From Zygnema circumcarinatum SAG 698-1b (lineage: Eukaryota > Plantae > Zygnematophyceae), in the NCBI GenBank assembly GCA_037447605.1, contig CM074806.1:1798001-1862000 (forward strand): DNA of 64,000 nucleotides, written 5' to 3'. The notes under the pieces were generated by a model. That model searched no databases, had not been told where the DNA came from, and saw only the letters and a list, made by a program, of their open reading frames with translations. Every line of letters starts with the position of its first letter. Position 1 is the first letter of the stretch. Below are positions 1 through 12,000 of the stretch, piece after piece. The translations under genes and the position numbers were made by a program.

Positions 1-159
1 CAGAGATCGTGAAGAAACAAGTAGCAACCTTTTTCGACACTTACTGCAACGACGTCTCGGTCATGATTCAAGGGAAGGAGCAATACTCCAAAAATATCAT
101 TTTTTTTTGGTCCCGAGCAATGGCAGTAGGCCAGGAACAAAGTAGGTAACCGGGAGAAA

Positions 160-3100
160 TCATGTCACAATTACCCGCGCCTGTGTTTCCGGTACCTGTA
201 GCCTCAAGGCCTCCTCTGCAGCAGCAACGCGCTCTTTGAAGATTTCCCACTCATACTTGCTTCGTTCCAAAATCTGCAGCTCCAATGCAGTAGCGAACAG
301 CTCATCTTCAGGCCACTGTTACTGTACGTGAGCTCAAAAGCACTGTTCGAACATTGATACATAGCTCACAAGTACAAAACATAGACTTAGCAGTTGACTG
401 TGAAGCAAAGAATGGGAGGGAAAAGGGGCGGAAGGGGGGGGGGGGGGGAAGGCACGGGTAGGACTGCAACAGGATAGCGACCCTTACATCTGCAGCCAAT
501 GTCTTTTCCGCCATAATCTCCGCCTGCACCCATCGTTTCAAGCCATACCAAACCAGTCCTTTCACCATCGTCAGACCCTGGCAATAAGAACATACTAAGG
601 TCCCTTCATACTCCTTCCTTGCATAAAATCAGGCTTCATGAAGCGAAAAAGGCAGTGGCAGTCAAAAACGTGCTCAAGCAGTCATGTCCACTCATCCTAC
701 TTTATGAATTCATGCAAAGAAGTTAGGTTGGAGACGCGTGTCGCTGGAGAAACAAATCACTCTACTTCGCCACATCCTACTTCTCAGTGGGAGGGGCTCA
801 CCGGGTCAGGATTGGTGAGCTGAGGGGCGAGAATGCGAATGTACTGAGCATCAACCACGCCAACGCGCTCGTGAGCCGGTCCCTGCATCCAGACATTACT
901 GGCAAGGTGAGAACCACCCGCAACTGCATCTTTGCTACAAGCCTGCAAGTAGCATTACCGCACCTGTGCACACTTGCCCAAAGCGAAGTCGAGTCCCCAC
1001 GCGTGCACCAAGTCATTCTGCACAGCCAAATCAACTTATTTAGAAAGGCAGCGACGGTAAGCAAACTGGTAACAGCAGCCCCATAAATTCATAGTTTCAT
1101 ATAAACCTGAATAATGTGCCAAGCGCAGCGCCAAGCTGCACGTGAAAACACCGGAACTTGGATCTCCACAAACCTGCAAACAGGCAAGAATAATATGAAG
1201 CTTTCAGTTTTACACACAATCCTGGGAGAGCACTAGCTCTGCTATGACCACCAAAATTTAAGAATGTCGTGCGCGAGTTGTGCTGCAGCAGCAACAACAA
1301 AGTTCATGGGACAACCACGCCGCCCTGCATGCAGTGCAACCGGGCCATGCATAAAATGGAGGTAGCTGCTAAGGGTTCTACGCATGCTTGCAGTGAGCCT
1401 TTCCTCACCCAGCACATGGAGGCTTCTGGTTGTCCTGACACCATCCAGGTTTCTCGTTGGCCTCCCTGACGACCCCTTCCACCAACACACAATATTGAAT
1501 GAAGTCCCGTCGTTGTGCAGAAAAAAAATAGGAGTCTGGCATTCTTTCACATACACTCCTAACCCCAGCAATGCCCGTCTGCCTTTCCCTTCTTGTGCGA
1601 AACGTTGCAGGATCTGAAATCTAGCTATACGCGGACGTCTGTATTCGAGTAACTACCATTTACACGTAATTCTCGAGCTCCAATTGATCAGACAGCCAAA
1701 TTGGTATTGGTTAACTCGACCCAATCCGGATTCATATAGACAAATTCACTATCCACTCCAAGCTTCACATCTGTTGGCTAAAGATCAATATTTACTGCTA
1801 AGCTATTGACGATTGCCCTTGAATGGTGGCAAAACGGCAGTATGGGCATATAGGCAGCACATTTGCATTGATCGTGTGCATTGCACCTTATTCATTTTTT
1901 TGTAAAGTGTAATTTGCAGTTCAGCATCAGTTTTCATCTGTTTTGAATTGTCATCTTTTGCAGCATCAGTGTTACACCGCCAGCCTTTCAGTGCTGGAAA
2001 GCTCACAGGTCGAGCGCACCTGTGCACCTCAACAGCAGGGACGCGGCGGGTCATCTGCCAGGTCAGTGATGTGGATGCATCCGGTTCAACTGCTGGCTGT
2101 GAAATTTCAAGGCCGTACTTTTTTGCCAAAGCAAGATACCTGCTTCCCCAGCATCCAAGCAAAGTTCAAATTTCAGAGAGCAAGCAGTCAAGATGGGGAG
2201 GTGATACAATCGGCAGGTCTTCCTGGCAGGAACGAAGGTGGAAAAGGTGAATTAAGCCAGTTCTCAGAAAAAAATCAGGTCACGGCATGCTGCCCAAAAG
2301 CAGACGATTTTACAACCTTGGACAGGGCAAATCTCTTACTCTTTGGGTTCAAAGTTGGTGACGTCAATGTCTGCGTCCCACAGAAAAATGTACTCAAAGG
2401 ATGCAACCACGTCTGGATGAAGGAAGCGCTTTGCGAACCACCTGCAAGCCCCATATCCTGCAAGTCCATGCTATCTTGCACTCCAGCAGCAACACTTCCA
2501 GCAAAAACTAAACAATCTACCATTTGATTCTTTCTGTTGCAAAGTATGGGTTTAAGCATACAAAGGCTTTGGAGAATGTGCATTGGTTTCAAACGAATCT
2601 GGATGTGCGTGCATTTGTAAAAAGTTAAAACTAGGGAAGTCAAGTAGAAAGCTCCAAGCCTGTCCAAGGCGGGTTTCTAAAACAAGCCAGACCCTTTGAA
2701 CCAGAAAACATTCATACGCTAAGGTTTACGAGCCTAGCAGCTCAGAAAAACAGTGGCCCAAGCCTGAGCAGGAGAGAGAGAGCATACATGTGGAAGGCAG
2801 CAACAAACTCCTCACCACTTAGATTGGCGTTGAGCTGATACATGAATGGTGTCAGCAGCCCACTGGTACTCCAACCAGTCATCCACCTTACCGTCCTCGT
2901 GAAACAGCATGATGGACCACTCTTTAGATCTGAACTGCAACCCTCCCGTACCGGCTAATGTTACCACCTTCCAGCTCTTATGGAGTAGTATATCATTTAT
3001 ACTACATGGAGTTATCTACGTGAAGTGACCTTTCTATGTTACCTTCCTTGTGTTAGTCATTCTCCTTACTAAGTCTGCATTGTTGTGCTTTGGAGCCTAC

Positions 3101-5850
3101 ATTTATCACATGTCCCCATGATGCTCATTTGGGTGTCGCTCTGATATTGTCAGCATGATTCATCTGCAACAAAGAGAGCGCGAGATACACGAGGCGAGAG
3201 GGGGGAAGATAAGGATATATGGAAGAGGAACGGGGACAGGAGGGCTGGACTAAGACCGGGGTATGGACTAAAGCATGGAAATACAATAAAAAGGAGAAAC
3301 GGAGGAGCGGGAAAAGGCAGGAAAGATCAAGTAGAAGAGTAGGTGGGAATGACTGGGAAGCGTGGTGATGGGAAGCAAAAGAAGGGAACTTAATTTGACA
3401 GCAAAGAGGAATCGATGGACAAACGCAAAGAAGAGAGGAGGGGGCGTTGATGAATAGTAGGGAGAAGGAAAAGAGGGTACAGCCTGTCGCAAAAGTGGGA
3501 TGAAGGTTGAAAAGTAGAGATGAGTTAATCGAAGTGTGAAATGTAGAGGATAGACGGCAATAGACAAAATAGAAGTGAGAAGGGACATTGAAAGGCTGGG
3601 TGAGGTCAGAATATTGAGAGTGCATGATAAGAGAGGTCAGCGAGGAAGCACTATGCCAGTGTGCTTAATCCTTCGAAAAAAGGCATTTCAAAGGACTCTA
3701 AAAAGGTACCATATGGGTTTTAGACGAAGAGTCAGAGTAAGCTTGCCAGTCTTCTCTAATCTGACCTGACTGCATCTGATAGGAAGGACCACCTCAGGCC
3801 CAGGATAGGCAAGCACCTTGGCAACAATACTGTCCACGTTGGTTGCAGATTTGTACGAGGAGTACAACGCTAGCAAATACTGTGGCCTCGTCGGAAGGTC
3901 CTGTCGAGATATACACAATAGCCTCCATCAGCAATTCTAGTTGAATTTCTTTTGGGTAGTCAAACGAAGAATGCGGTTTGTAAAGTTGCTAGCACTGAAG
4001 ACTTCTGACGAAAATGAAGCTCTTCTTTTTTGACATCGGAAACAGCAGGATTTGAACATTTCCACCGTCGACGGGGAGATGTGAGAAACACGAAAAAGAG
4101 GTAGACAGGGACCTCTTCTGGCTTGCCCTGTAGGCGACGCATATAGAGATCAGTTGTGGGCACAATGATGCCAGGTGGCAGCCCGTCAACACCGGTCGGC
4201 AGGGTCACTGTGTGGTTGGTTTTTGTGCCAACCTCCTGCACTTGAAAGAAGATATTGCATGAGAAACACATTCGAATGACACCAATTCGTATCTCAACAA
4301 TAGAGAGTGTCTTTGCACAAAGATATAAGATGCTTTTAGCCGGGCTGGATAAATGAACAACATAAAAGCAAGGTTGAAGCAAGAGAAAGACCTGTTCCAA
4401 CCCGATATCTGAATCGAAACCCTTAGACTATCAATCCATAGTAAGTACTTTAAGAAAGACTATTTCCGGCTTTCAAGACAAAAAAAACTTGCTAAAAGAC
4501 ACGAGCCATAGCATATAAACGTAACATTGTTATTCTAGAAAATTTTGGCCTGCAATGTTGCAAGATCTATTTGTGACAAGTCCCTTACGTATCTTCCGGA
4601 AAGCCATATTTGTACTTGAAATAACTCGTGTTAGTTGTTTTCGCTCTAAAGAAACTAGATATTTTGGCACAAAACGACTCCATGGACACCATGCTCAGGA
4701 TTTCCAAAAGCCGAGAAGGCAAATTGCCTCACGAGGTTTGTATTTCTTCCTGTTAGGGTCGCATGTAAGCGCAAGTCTTTACCTGACTTCATGCAACAAG
4801 TATCTGAACAGGACAGTTGGCAAAGTAATGGACGACGCCCCAGTTGAATGTGCTCTAAAATTAGGAACTACTTCATCATTTACTTTCGGCACCATTTTCA
4901 TTGTACGTTGTTTCGTGCATTTTCACTCAATTGCATTCCGCATTCTGCATTTGCATGTGTACAACTTAAAAGACGATATGCATCACGAAATCTACACACC
5001 TTGCAAGAAGGGGGAATGAGCTGCTCCTCCTTAAGCTTCTTCAGCAAAGACGCTCCTGGAGACTCCACCGACGAAAACATGAAATTCGGTATCTGCACAC
5101 CACCGAGTGCCTCTTATGAGCCTGCCCCTTGCAGTCCTCACTTTGCAGCATACGTATTGCATTATGGTTTTGTTCAGATTAGGGCCGAATGCACCTAAGG
5201 CCGAGTCTATAAACGTATAAATTCCTTGATCATGCGCGCTTTTGACCTAATGGATTGAATGAAACGGGGCATAAGTACCTGAGCTGCCAAAACTCCAATT
5301 GCAATACCAATCACCAGTCCAAAATACGCGTTTCCAATGAGAGGGCGTCTCCTGTGCGGCGCATTGCTGCAAATGCCACGGACAAGAAATAAAGGAAATA
5401 ATTTTAGTAATGTTAATATTATCCACGAATCTTTTGTCCAAATGTCTCCAAGGGTAGAGTGCAAAGGAATAGAACGACAAGAGTGGCTCATGAATTCTTC
5501 GCGGCGCCGAAATTATGACAAACGGTTGATGTACGCCCTTTCTCCTTCTCAAAACTGGGAGCTTGACACACGAGCTAAGTGAGAGTAGCTCTATCAGAGT
5601 TCGAGGACACAAATGCGCGCTCCATAGCTTAACCAATATCCCCCCCTTCTATCCATCAAAGAAAGAGAGCCCTAAAGAAAGAGCGAGAGAATATTCCCCC
5701 GTCATCCCTCCCTCACCCCTGATGGCGCGCCCCCAAACGCCAGACGATGGCGAGCACAAGCAGCAGCGAGCCCAGCATGCACAAGTCATGGATGCCGCGG
5801 TCAGCCTCCACCAACAGGATGCGCTGCTCTTGCGCTTGCTCGTCTGCCAT
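160..5850 (-). CDS. DUF707 family protein (putative GT-A-like glycosyltransferase), about 13 exons
   Basis: Spliced minus-strand exons give the family motifs in order: GLPPGIIVPTTDLYMRRLQGKPEE (~4110-4200), WSIMLFHEDGKVDDWLEYQWAADTIHVSAQRQSKW|WFAKRFLHPDVVASFEYIFLWDAD (~2815-2935, ~2330-2450), YLALAKKYGLEISQPAVEP..TWQMTRR (~2030-2140), KPPCAG|FVEIQVPVFSRAAWRCAWHIIQ|NDLVHAWGLDFALGKC (~1400-1460, ~1105-1175, ~965-1017), ERVGVVDAQY (~802-882), and last exon EWEIFKERVAAAE..TGA (stop 160-162). Exon 1 (5717-5850, gccATGg) joins exon 2 (5279-5366) in phase 2. Confidence 0.9.
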
Positions 5851-6084
5851 GGCCCTCCAGCCGTCCGTGTCTCCCTCCCTCCCTCCCTCCCTCTCCTCCG
5901 CCCTTCCTCCCCGCGATCTGTCCCTTTCCACGACCACTCACTGTTAGCGTGAAGCGTTGAACAAGAAAATTTGAACCAGTAATCTTTGAGTTTATTGTCA
6001 CAGTTTAGCGTACACACATAGAACGCCACGTTGGTCGGGCCAAGCGAGCCCGAACAGAACTAGAACGCTCATGCAGCATGGAGT

Positions 6085-6150
6085 GGGGAACACGTGGCGA
6101 CCCCGCAGTCGTGGAGACGTGCAGCGCGACGCCACGTGGCGCCACGTGGC
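6085..6150. promoter_or_regulatory. G-box/ABRE cluster (ACACGTGGC plus tandem GCCACGTGGC x2) in the DUF707 / Gly-rich gene divergent promoter
   Basis: ACACGTGGC at ~6090-6098. GCCACGTGGCGCCACGTGGC at 6131-6150 is a perfect 20-bp palindrome. ACGTGGC is the established bZIP ABRE core. Confidence 0.6.
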
Positions 6151-6345
6151 ATGAACCTTCGCGAGACGGGCGGTAAGTCAGGGCGGGGCGTGAGGCCTGC
6201 GTGGCGTGCAGGGCAGGGCTACGGGCGGGGAGAGAGCGAGAGAGGGAGGGAGGGAGAAAGGGAGGAGCTAGCGGAGAGAGAAGAGGAGAGGACAGCGAGG
6301 GAGAAGGCGGCAACCGATACTGTGCCGTTGGTTGAAAGGAGGACG

Positions 6346-7791
6346 ATGCCGGGCCACGGAGGAGGCGGTCACGGAGGTGGTGGTCATGGCGGCGGTGGTC
6401 ATGGCGGCGGCTTCCATGGCGGGCCTGGCTTCGGGCCCCATGGCGGCCCAGGGTTCGGGGGTCCGGGGTTCCGAGGCCCGGGGTTTGGATTTGGGGGGCC
6501 TGGGCTCTTTGGGCCATGGCGGCCGCCAGGATGGTGGGGCCCTCCGCCCGTGTTCGCGTGGTGGAACAGTGGCACGCTGGCGCTGGCAGGCTTTGGCGGA
6601 TGGATTCTTGGCAGGAACTCTGCTGGGACGGGTGCTCCCGCCACCTCTTCCACCACCATTATCAACAACTATCCCACGCCGGAGGCTGCTGCACAGGCTA
6701 CCAGCACCGCCAGGTATGGCTTGTGCTCGTTTGTTATTGAGCTTCTTAGGTAGCGTTTAGGCTGTGAGAGCATTCCGATGTCTTACCTCTGTCGCTCGTT
6801 TTGCGGCGACGCGTGGGAGCTCACAGTAGGACTAAGAATCCGCGTCTATGTCGACCTTCTGCTTTTTCATAGGGTGATTCACCGAACTTTGTGGGTTGTT
6901 TGCAGCAGTTTGTGTATATGCCGTAGTGCAATTTTTTTTGCAAGGCTGAGTGCAACAAAAAAAATAGGATTGTGCGAGTGTTCGAGGATTAAGCGGGACT
7001 GGCTCTGTAGTTTCCAAGTTTTGTCTCTTCTTGTCAGATTTGGCAAGGTCGTAAAATAAGCTTACAATATGGAGTATCATGCTGGAGGCATGCTGGAGGA
7101 TGACAAGATTTCTCCTGGATGGCTGGTGGTGAACAGTGGAGCTGACGTGGAGTTGAACATAACGCTGGTGGCGCTTATGGGCCCATCGGAAGCAAATGGT
7201 TCACACGCGCTATTTATTGATGAAAATCTCATTTTCGTCCTGCAGGTACAAAAAAAAAAAAAAAAGGTGTTTGGCTTTGCATGTTGTAAGTAAAAAAGGT
7301 AAAACGCTTAGTCACTGCAGCAGAGGCTGGTGTAAAAGCTGACTTGCAAGATGAGGCATTCTGAGGCTGGTGTATGTTTGCTGTGTGTGAAGGTTGGAGA
7401 GAGTGTACAGCAAGCAAATGTGCAGGGCAAGAGCGCGGCTCAGTCAGGGCTCTCTGTGAACCAGACTCTTTTCCTGCCCTTGAAGCCTCCATCTGCTAAT
7501 GAGCTTCAGGTTGCTATCTATGGCGGAAAAGAGAATGGTCTTTTGGCATTGGGCCGTATCAACCTTCCGGAGCCCCGCACGCCTGGAGGAGAGAGCAAGG
7601 ACATATCCATCCGGTTGAATAATCTGGGTGGCGCACCCTGTGGGCGCATCATGACAGTCGTGTCCTATAATAGGCCTATCCCTCGGCCGTCCCCTACCCC
7701 TCCACCCTCGGCACCTCCGACAGCCACAGGCACTGCAGCAAGGGATCCTGCGTCTGTTGCTGAGTCCCTTGGGTGGACTGCCACCAAGTGA
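6346..7791 (+). CDS. Uncharacterised protein: Gly/His-rich N-terminus, hydrophobic glycine segment, C2-like beta domain, Pro/Thr tail (about 280 aa, 3 exons)
   Basis: Exon 1 is 6346-6713 (MPGHGGGGHGGGGH...GTLALAGFGGWILGR, donor ag|gtatgg). Exon 2 is probably 7137-7245 (GADVELNITLVAL...LIFVLQ|gtac). Exon 3 is 7426-7791 (GKSAAQSGLSVNQTLFLPLKPPSANELQVAIYGGKENGLLALGRINL...). Phases are consistent. The alternating-hydrophobic beta-strand pattern suggests C2 (inference). The exon 2 acceptor is uncertain. Confidence 0.65.
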
Positions 7792-9061
7792 CGTGTTTGC
7801 CTCGTATAGAATAAAGCAGCACGGGACGATGTAGTTATAGATAGCCCTTGGGCTATAGTTTGCTCCATAAGTTCAAGAAGACGGTCCTTGTGGGGGAAGT
7901 GATGTACATGGAAAAGGAATGAAGGGAAAAATAAGAAAGAGAGGTCCTCAACTTAATTAAGCACAAAATTAAAATTTCTTGGTAAGAGTTGTCTGTGATG
8001 TTGTAGATGATGGCAGCCCTATTTCGGGACTAGCACGAGCATGAGGGCATGGATTTCCAGTGTGAATGTCTCACGTGTCGTGTTTAAAGTGGGAGGAGTT
8101 CTTCTCTAGGGAGTAGTGTACACTGGTGCCCGGAAGGGGCAAGCAATGTTATACGTGTTTTTTTTTGAATGACGAAGTTATTGCTTAAAAACTCTTTTAG
8201 CTCGTGTCCACCTTTTTCCGGAAAATGGCTATGTGGTCTATTGGAAGTGTCCAGCCATCTGGCTTTCTTCGTTCCCGTCCTTCATATTTTGATCTCCAGG
8301 CGTTATTCACGTGATGTCCGGAGAGTCCGATCTCATGTTTATTGGGAGGCTTTAGGTTCTATTTTTCGTGTAAATTGCCGCTTGCAAATGCATCGAGAGC
8401 TGCAACATGCAATCTTCTTGCCACTGCTGCCTCTGGTTGCAAAAGTTGTGTTGTATTGGATATCCTATCACCAGTCCGACGACAGACTGATGCTGGACCT
8501 TTTCCAGTTGAAACCCTCAGAGGAACGGGTGTTCAAAAGGGGAGCTAATGCTTTCACCAAAGAGTGCTCCCTAGCCAGAGCAACTCGCATTCATCACCAT
8601 TCTGTGCACATACAATAGAGCGAGAATCGGAACACATGCGTTGTTGAACAATAATTGGACACCTGTGTATGTCAGCCTAAATGTGACTCCTCTCATTTGC
8701 AGACGTCCACACCGCCACTGTGCTATGCACCTGCACTGCCCACACGAGCTTACTTGCGGGTGCTATGCCTACAGCAGCGAGTTCTCAAGCAGCCACCGCT
8801 CCCTCATTGAATGCCGGCCCAGCCTGAAGAGAGCCTCATGCTCCGTTGCTGTCTTCCCACCTTAATTCCACATCGGCCCTTGCCTCGTCCTTACAACAAT
8901 GTGCCCAAGTCAAGTTGGTCTCGTTGCCTCAGGCACCCAGCAGCTGGTTGCTGGGAAAACAAAAGTTTTTGAAGCCTATATAAGAGCAAAGTTGACTCGT
9001 TCTTACAAAAAAGGCTCCAGAAGCGAACGTCCCGATAGATTAAGATCTCTCAAAACGCTAT

Positions 9062-12000
9062 TCAGGATACAGTGGCCAACTCCTGCGGCAGGTCAAAATC
9101 CTTCAATAACTGTTCCAAGGGTGGCTGTGTCCCACTAGTAGGATCAGACAACAACTCGTTAAGCTGCCACCCTGCCTTGCCAACAATATCCACCAGTGCA
9201 CTCGCACTACATTCTGCTTTTAGTACCTTGAGCGTAGCAACTGCAAGGTCCACCCGACTCGGTCCTTCTTCCAATTTCTGAACCATTGTCGGCAACAGAC
9301 TAAGGGGGGTCGCCTGTGCCAGGAACAGGCGAGCCACAATGTCCGCTGTGCATTTTATGGCAACTGGTATATCCAAAACAAGATCATCCAGCATTTCTGC
9401 TACCTTCAACAAGCCTTCCCCTAGGGCTTCCTCGGTTACCACCTTTTCGGCATGAAGGTGAATAAACAGCTTGGCAACAAGTTGCTGTTCTCTTGGCTTC
9501 CCCTCCATCGCTGTGCAGATCGCTTCCTGCACTATCCGCGCATGCAGATGCGGAGATTCCAACTCCGTCACACAAGTAGCTGCCTCTTTCACGTCCGCAA
9601 CATCCATGTATTCCTTCAACAGCGAAGTTGTTTTCTTGCTAACATCCCCTTCCCATTGTCGCACAGCCACACTCTTCTCCGCCGCTGGAACAGCCCGCTG
9701 TTCGCGTGCTGCAGGCACCTTAACAGGAGCAGCGCTGGATACTGCCGGAGGCCCTCCTGAAGTGGAACGGCCGGCAAGGGGCAGAGTTGCCGCGGCCATG
9801 GGCTGCGGTGTGCCAACCAGTGCACTCGGCCTGCCAACAAAGGCCGAGGCTGCCACTTCCCGTGCTGGCCCCATACCAGGGCCCATTGCCAGACTTCCCC
9901 CAGAGGGCAAATTCCGAGGTGGTGCAGATGACAAGCCACCTCCACCAGCACTCCCACGTGGTCGGCGGCCAACCGCTACAGTTTCCCACCCTTCGAGATC
10001 AACTCCAAGCCCAATGGTTGGTGCTTTTCCTTGGGGAGCACCGGGCATGTTGCCCCACGAAGGACCCACAGGAAAGAGAGGAGAATCCCGCGACCCTGCA
10101 GAGCTTGCTGCACGGAGGCCCAAATTGGCAGCTCCGGGGCGCAGGCCAAGGTTGGCAGCAGCCTCGGCATGGACCTCTGTAAGCTTCATGGCCTTCACCT
10201 CCTTGCGGCGTGGCACCCACTTGTTGGATCGCAGCTCCAAGAGATCCTTGCATCTGAATCGAAGGCGAGAGGACAAGTGAGAGGCATTCCCTAGTTGCTT
10301 CACGCGCCGACAATATTGTTCCAGCGCTTTGTGTCCTTTGGTGCTTTCGTCCAGGCCCTTTCCTGCCGTCGTTAGCAATTGACACAAGGCCTCCACGCTC
10401 TCTTCCTCTGGCTCACTTTTCTCATCCCCCATGAGCTCCTGCGGAACAGATAGGACAGATCCCAGACAGTAATTCGTTTCAGCCACCCTAAGATAACTTC
10501 ATCAGCCTACAACTGCAGCACTGGTTACCACCTATTGGTGCCCAACCTCTCCCCAACCTGGTCTGTGACAGTGGCTCACCTGGACGCATGCATGCACAAT
10601 TTTCTCGGGAATCAGTTTCTGCTTGAACAGCTCTCCAATAAAACGAATATTTCCAAGGGTGCGAAGCTTCACCAGCCGTTCTTTTTCTAGGCGGAGACCA
10701 GCCTGCACTCACATGCCTCAGCAAGTTAGGTAGGTCCCAACCTTCAACTACGCTTTCCACGAACCAGTTTGAGGAAATGTAAACTCAAAAGCTTTGACCG
10801 ATCGTCCCTGTCTTCACTCCTGACACATACTCAAGATGATGCACCCAACCAGTTGCAATCCATACAGACCTAGTGCACAGCAGTATTATTGAACTACCTG
10901 ATCAGGCCGCGTCATGGTGCGCACTTCCTCCCGCAGTGCAGCAGCGCCCTCAAACTCCTCCTGACAGGTATTTAATAGAACACGTCTGAAGGTGGCAGGC
11001 TTCTGCTCCTGACCATTCGCCGCTGGCGGAGCTGGAAATTCCGGCAAGGCGCTGCTCAGGGATACACAAAGCTGTGCGTACATAGAACAAAAGGTCGGTT
11101 CTAGCACCGCCTTTTCAAATAGCTGCCCTATGACGACCTGTGCACAAATCCACCCGCATCCAAGAATGAGCCTCAGCATGAATATCCATCTCTATTGCAA
11201 CCAAAAACATATATTCTACTCGATTGGATGACAACACCGTACATCTTGTATACCACCAAGCTCATCTTGCTAGGACCTTGCCATTGCTCAACTGTGACAC
11301 ACACAGACTAAAGGAAATCGAAGATCCTGAAAGGACCAACAACGCTCATGACCTCCCCAACGATACTAACTGCCTCATGAAAGTATGTTTGTAACCAACA
11401 TCCCACTAAAGTCTCTTCAAAAAACTGCTTGCACTAAAAAAACAATGGAGAAGCATCAATCGCCTCTCCCGTCCACCGCACGATGTACGCGTAGGAAAAA
11501 ACCTGCTGGCCGGTAAACTGCCTTGCCGTTGTTACCTGAAGAAGCTCAGCAGAAGCGATGCCAACGTGCACTATTTGCTCCAGCAGTACATCGTACTTTT
11601 CCGGTGTCAGCTTGTTCAGAATTCTGCAAGATGTCAGAAAACCAATCAGCTGAAAAGAAGCTACCTACACTGCTAGAGGCCGCCTGAGCTCCTCACCAGC
11701 GCTGATGGCAACAGGTATAACTGACCCACATCATCACTTGACATATCCATAAGAACACCACCCCATACATTCAGGATCAGCTTCATGCTCCTAGTCTAGT
11801 CTGACTTAAGGTACTCATTATTTGATTCCGGGCCAAGGTGTTTATCAATGCAGCATCCTGCACTTCATTGCCGTCTTGATGAATCACCTCAAAAGCACTA
11901 AGGTTTAATACACACAAAAGCTGCTTGCACTAACGAGAAAACATCGACACGCCAAAAACATCGAAGTCCTAAACGTATGCATTCGTAGTTCTACTTCAGC

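Noticed and set aside
3125-3625. 166-aa Leu/Ser/Phe-rich minus-strand ORF inside DUF707
   Set aside because: It reflects a pyrimidine-rich intron. The flanking DUF707 exons join without it.
7057-7059. In-frame TAA as evidence of a non-canonical genetic code (TAA/TAG=Gln, as in some ulvophytes)
   Set aside because: Long verified exons (368-509 codons) contain no in-frame TAA/TAG, Trx f and FAS1 end on TAG at the expected C-termini, and an alternative acceptor explains this case.
8169-8618. 149-aa ORF between the C2-like gene and eIF(iso)4G; also 57235..57600 and 18599..18826
   Set aside because: No GC-rich or GA-leader start signature, no splice logic and no motifs; these lie in expected 3'UTR/intergenic space.
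9471-10280. Long + strand ORFs over eIF(iso)4G; likewise 46213..47427 over FAS1 and 62827..63522 over MKP1
   Set aside because: Antisense shadows of real exons or of (CCCT)n, with no recognisable domains.
11647-11739. Box C (GTGATGA) ... box D (CTGA) intronic snoRNA candidate in eIF(iso)4G
   Set aside because: The terminal stem is poor, box D lies only ~20 nt from the 3' splice site, and I recognised no rRNA/snRNA complementarity.
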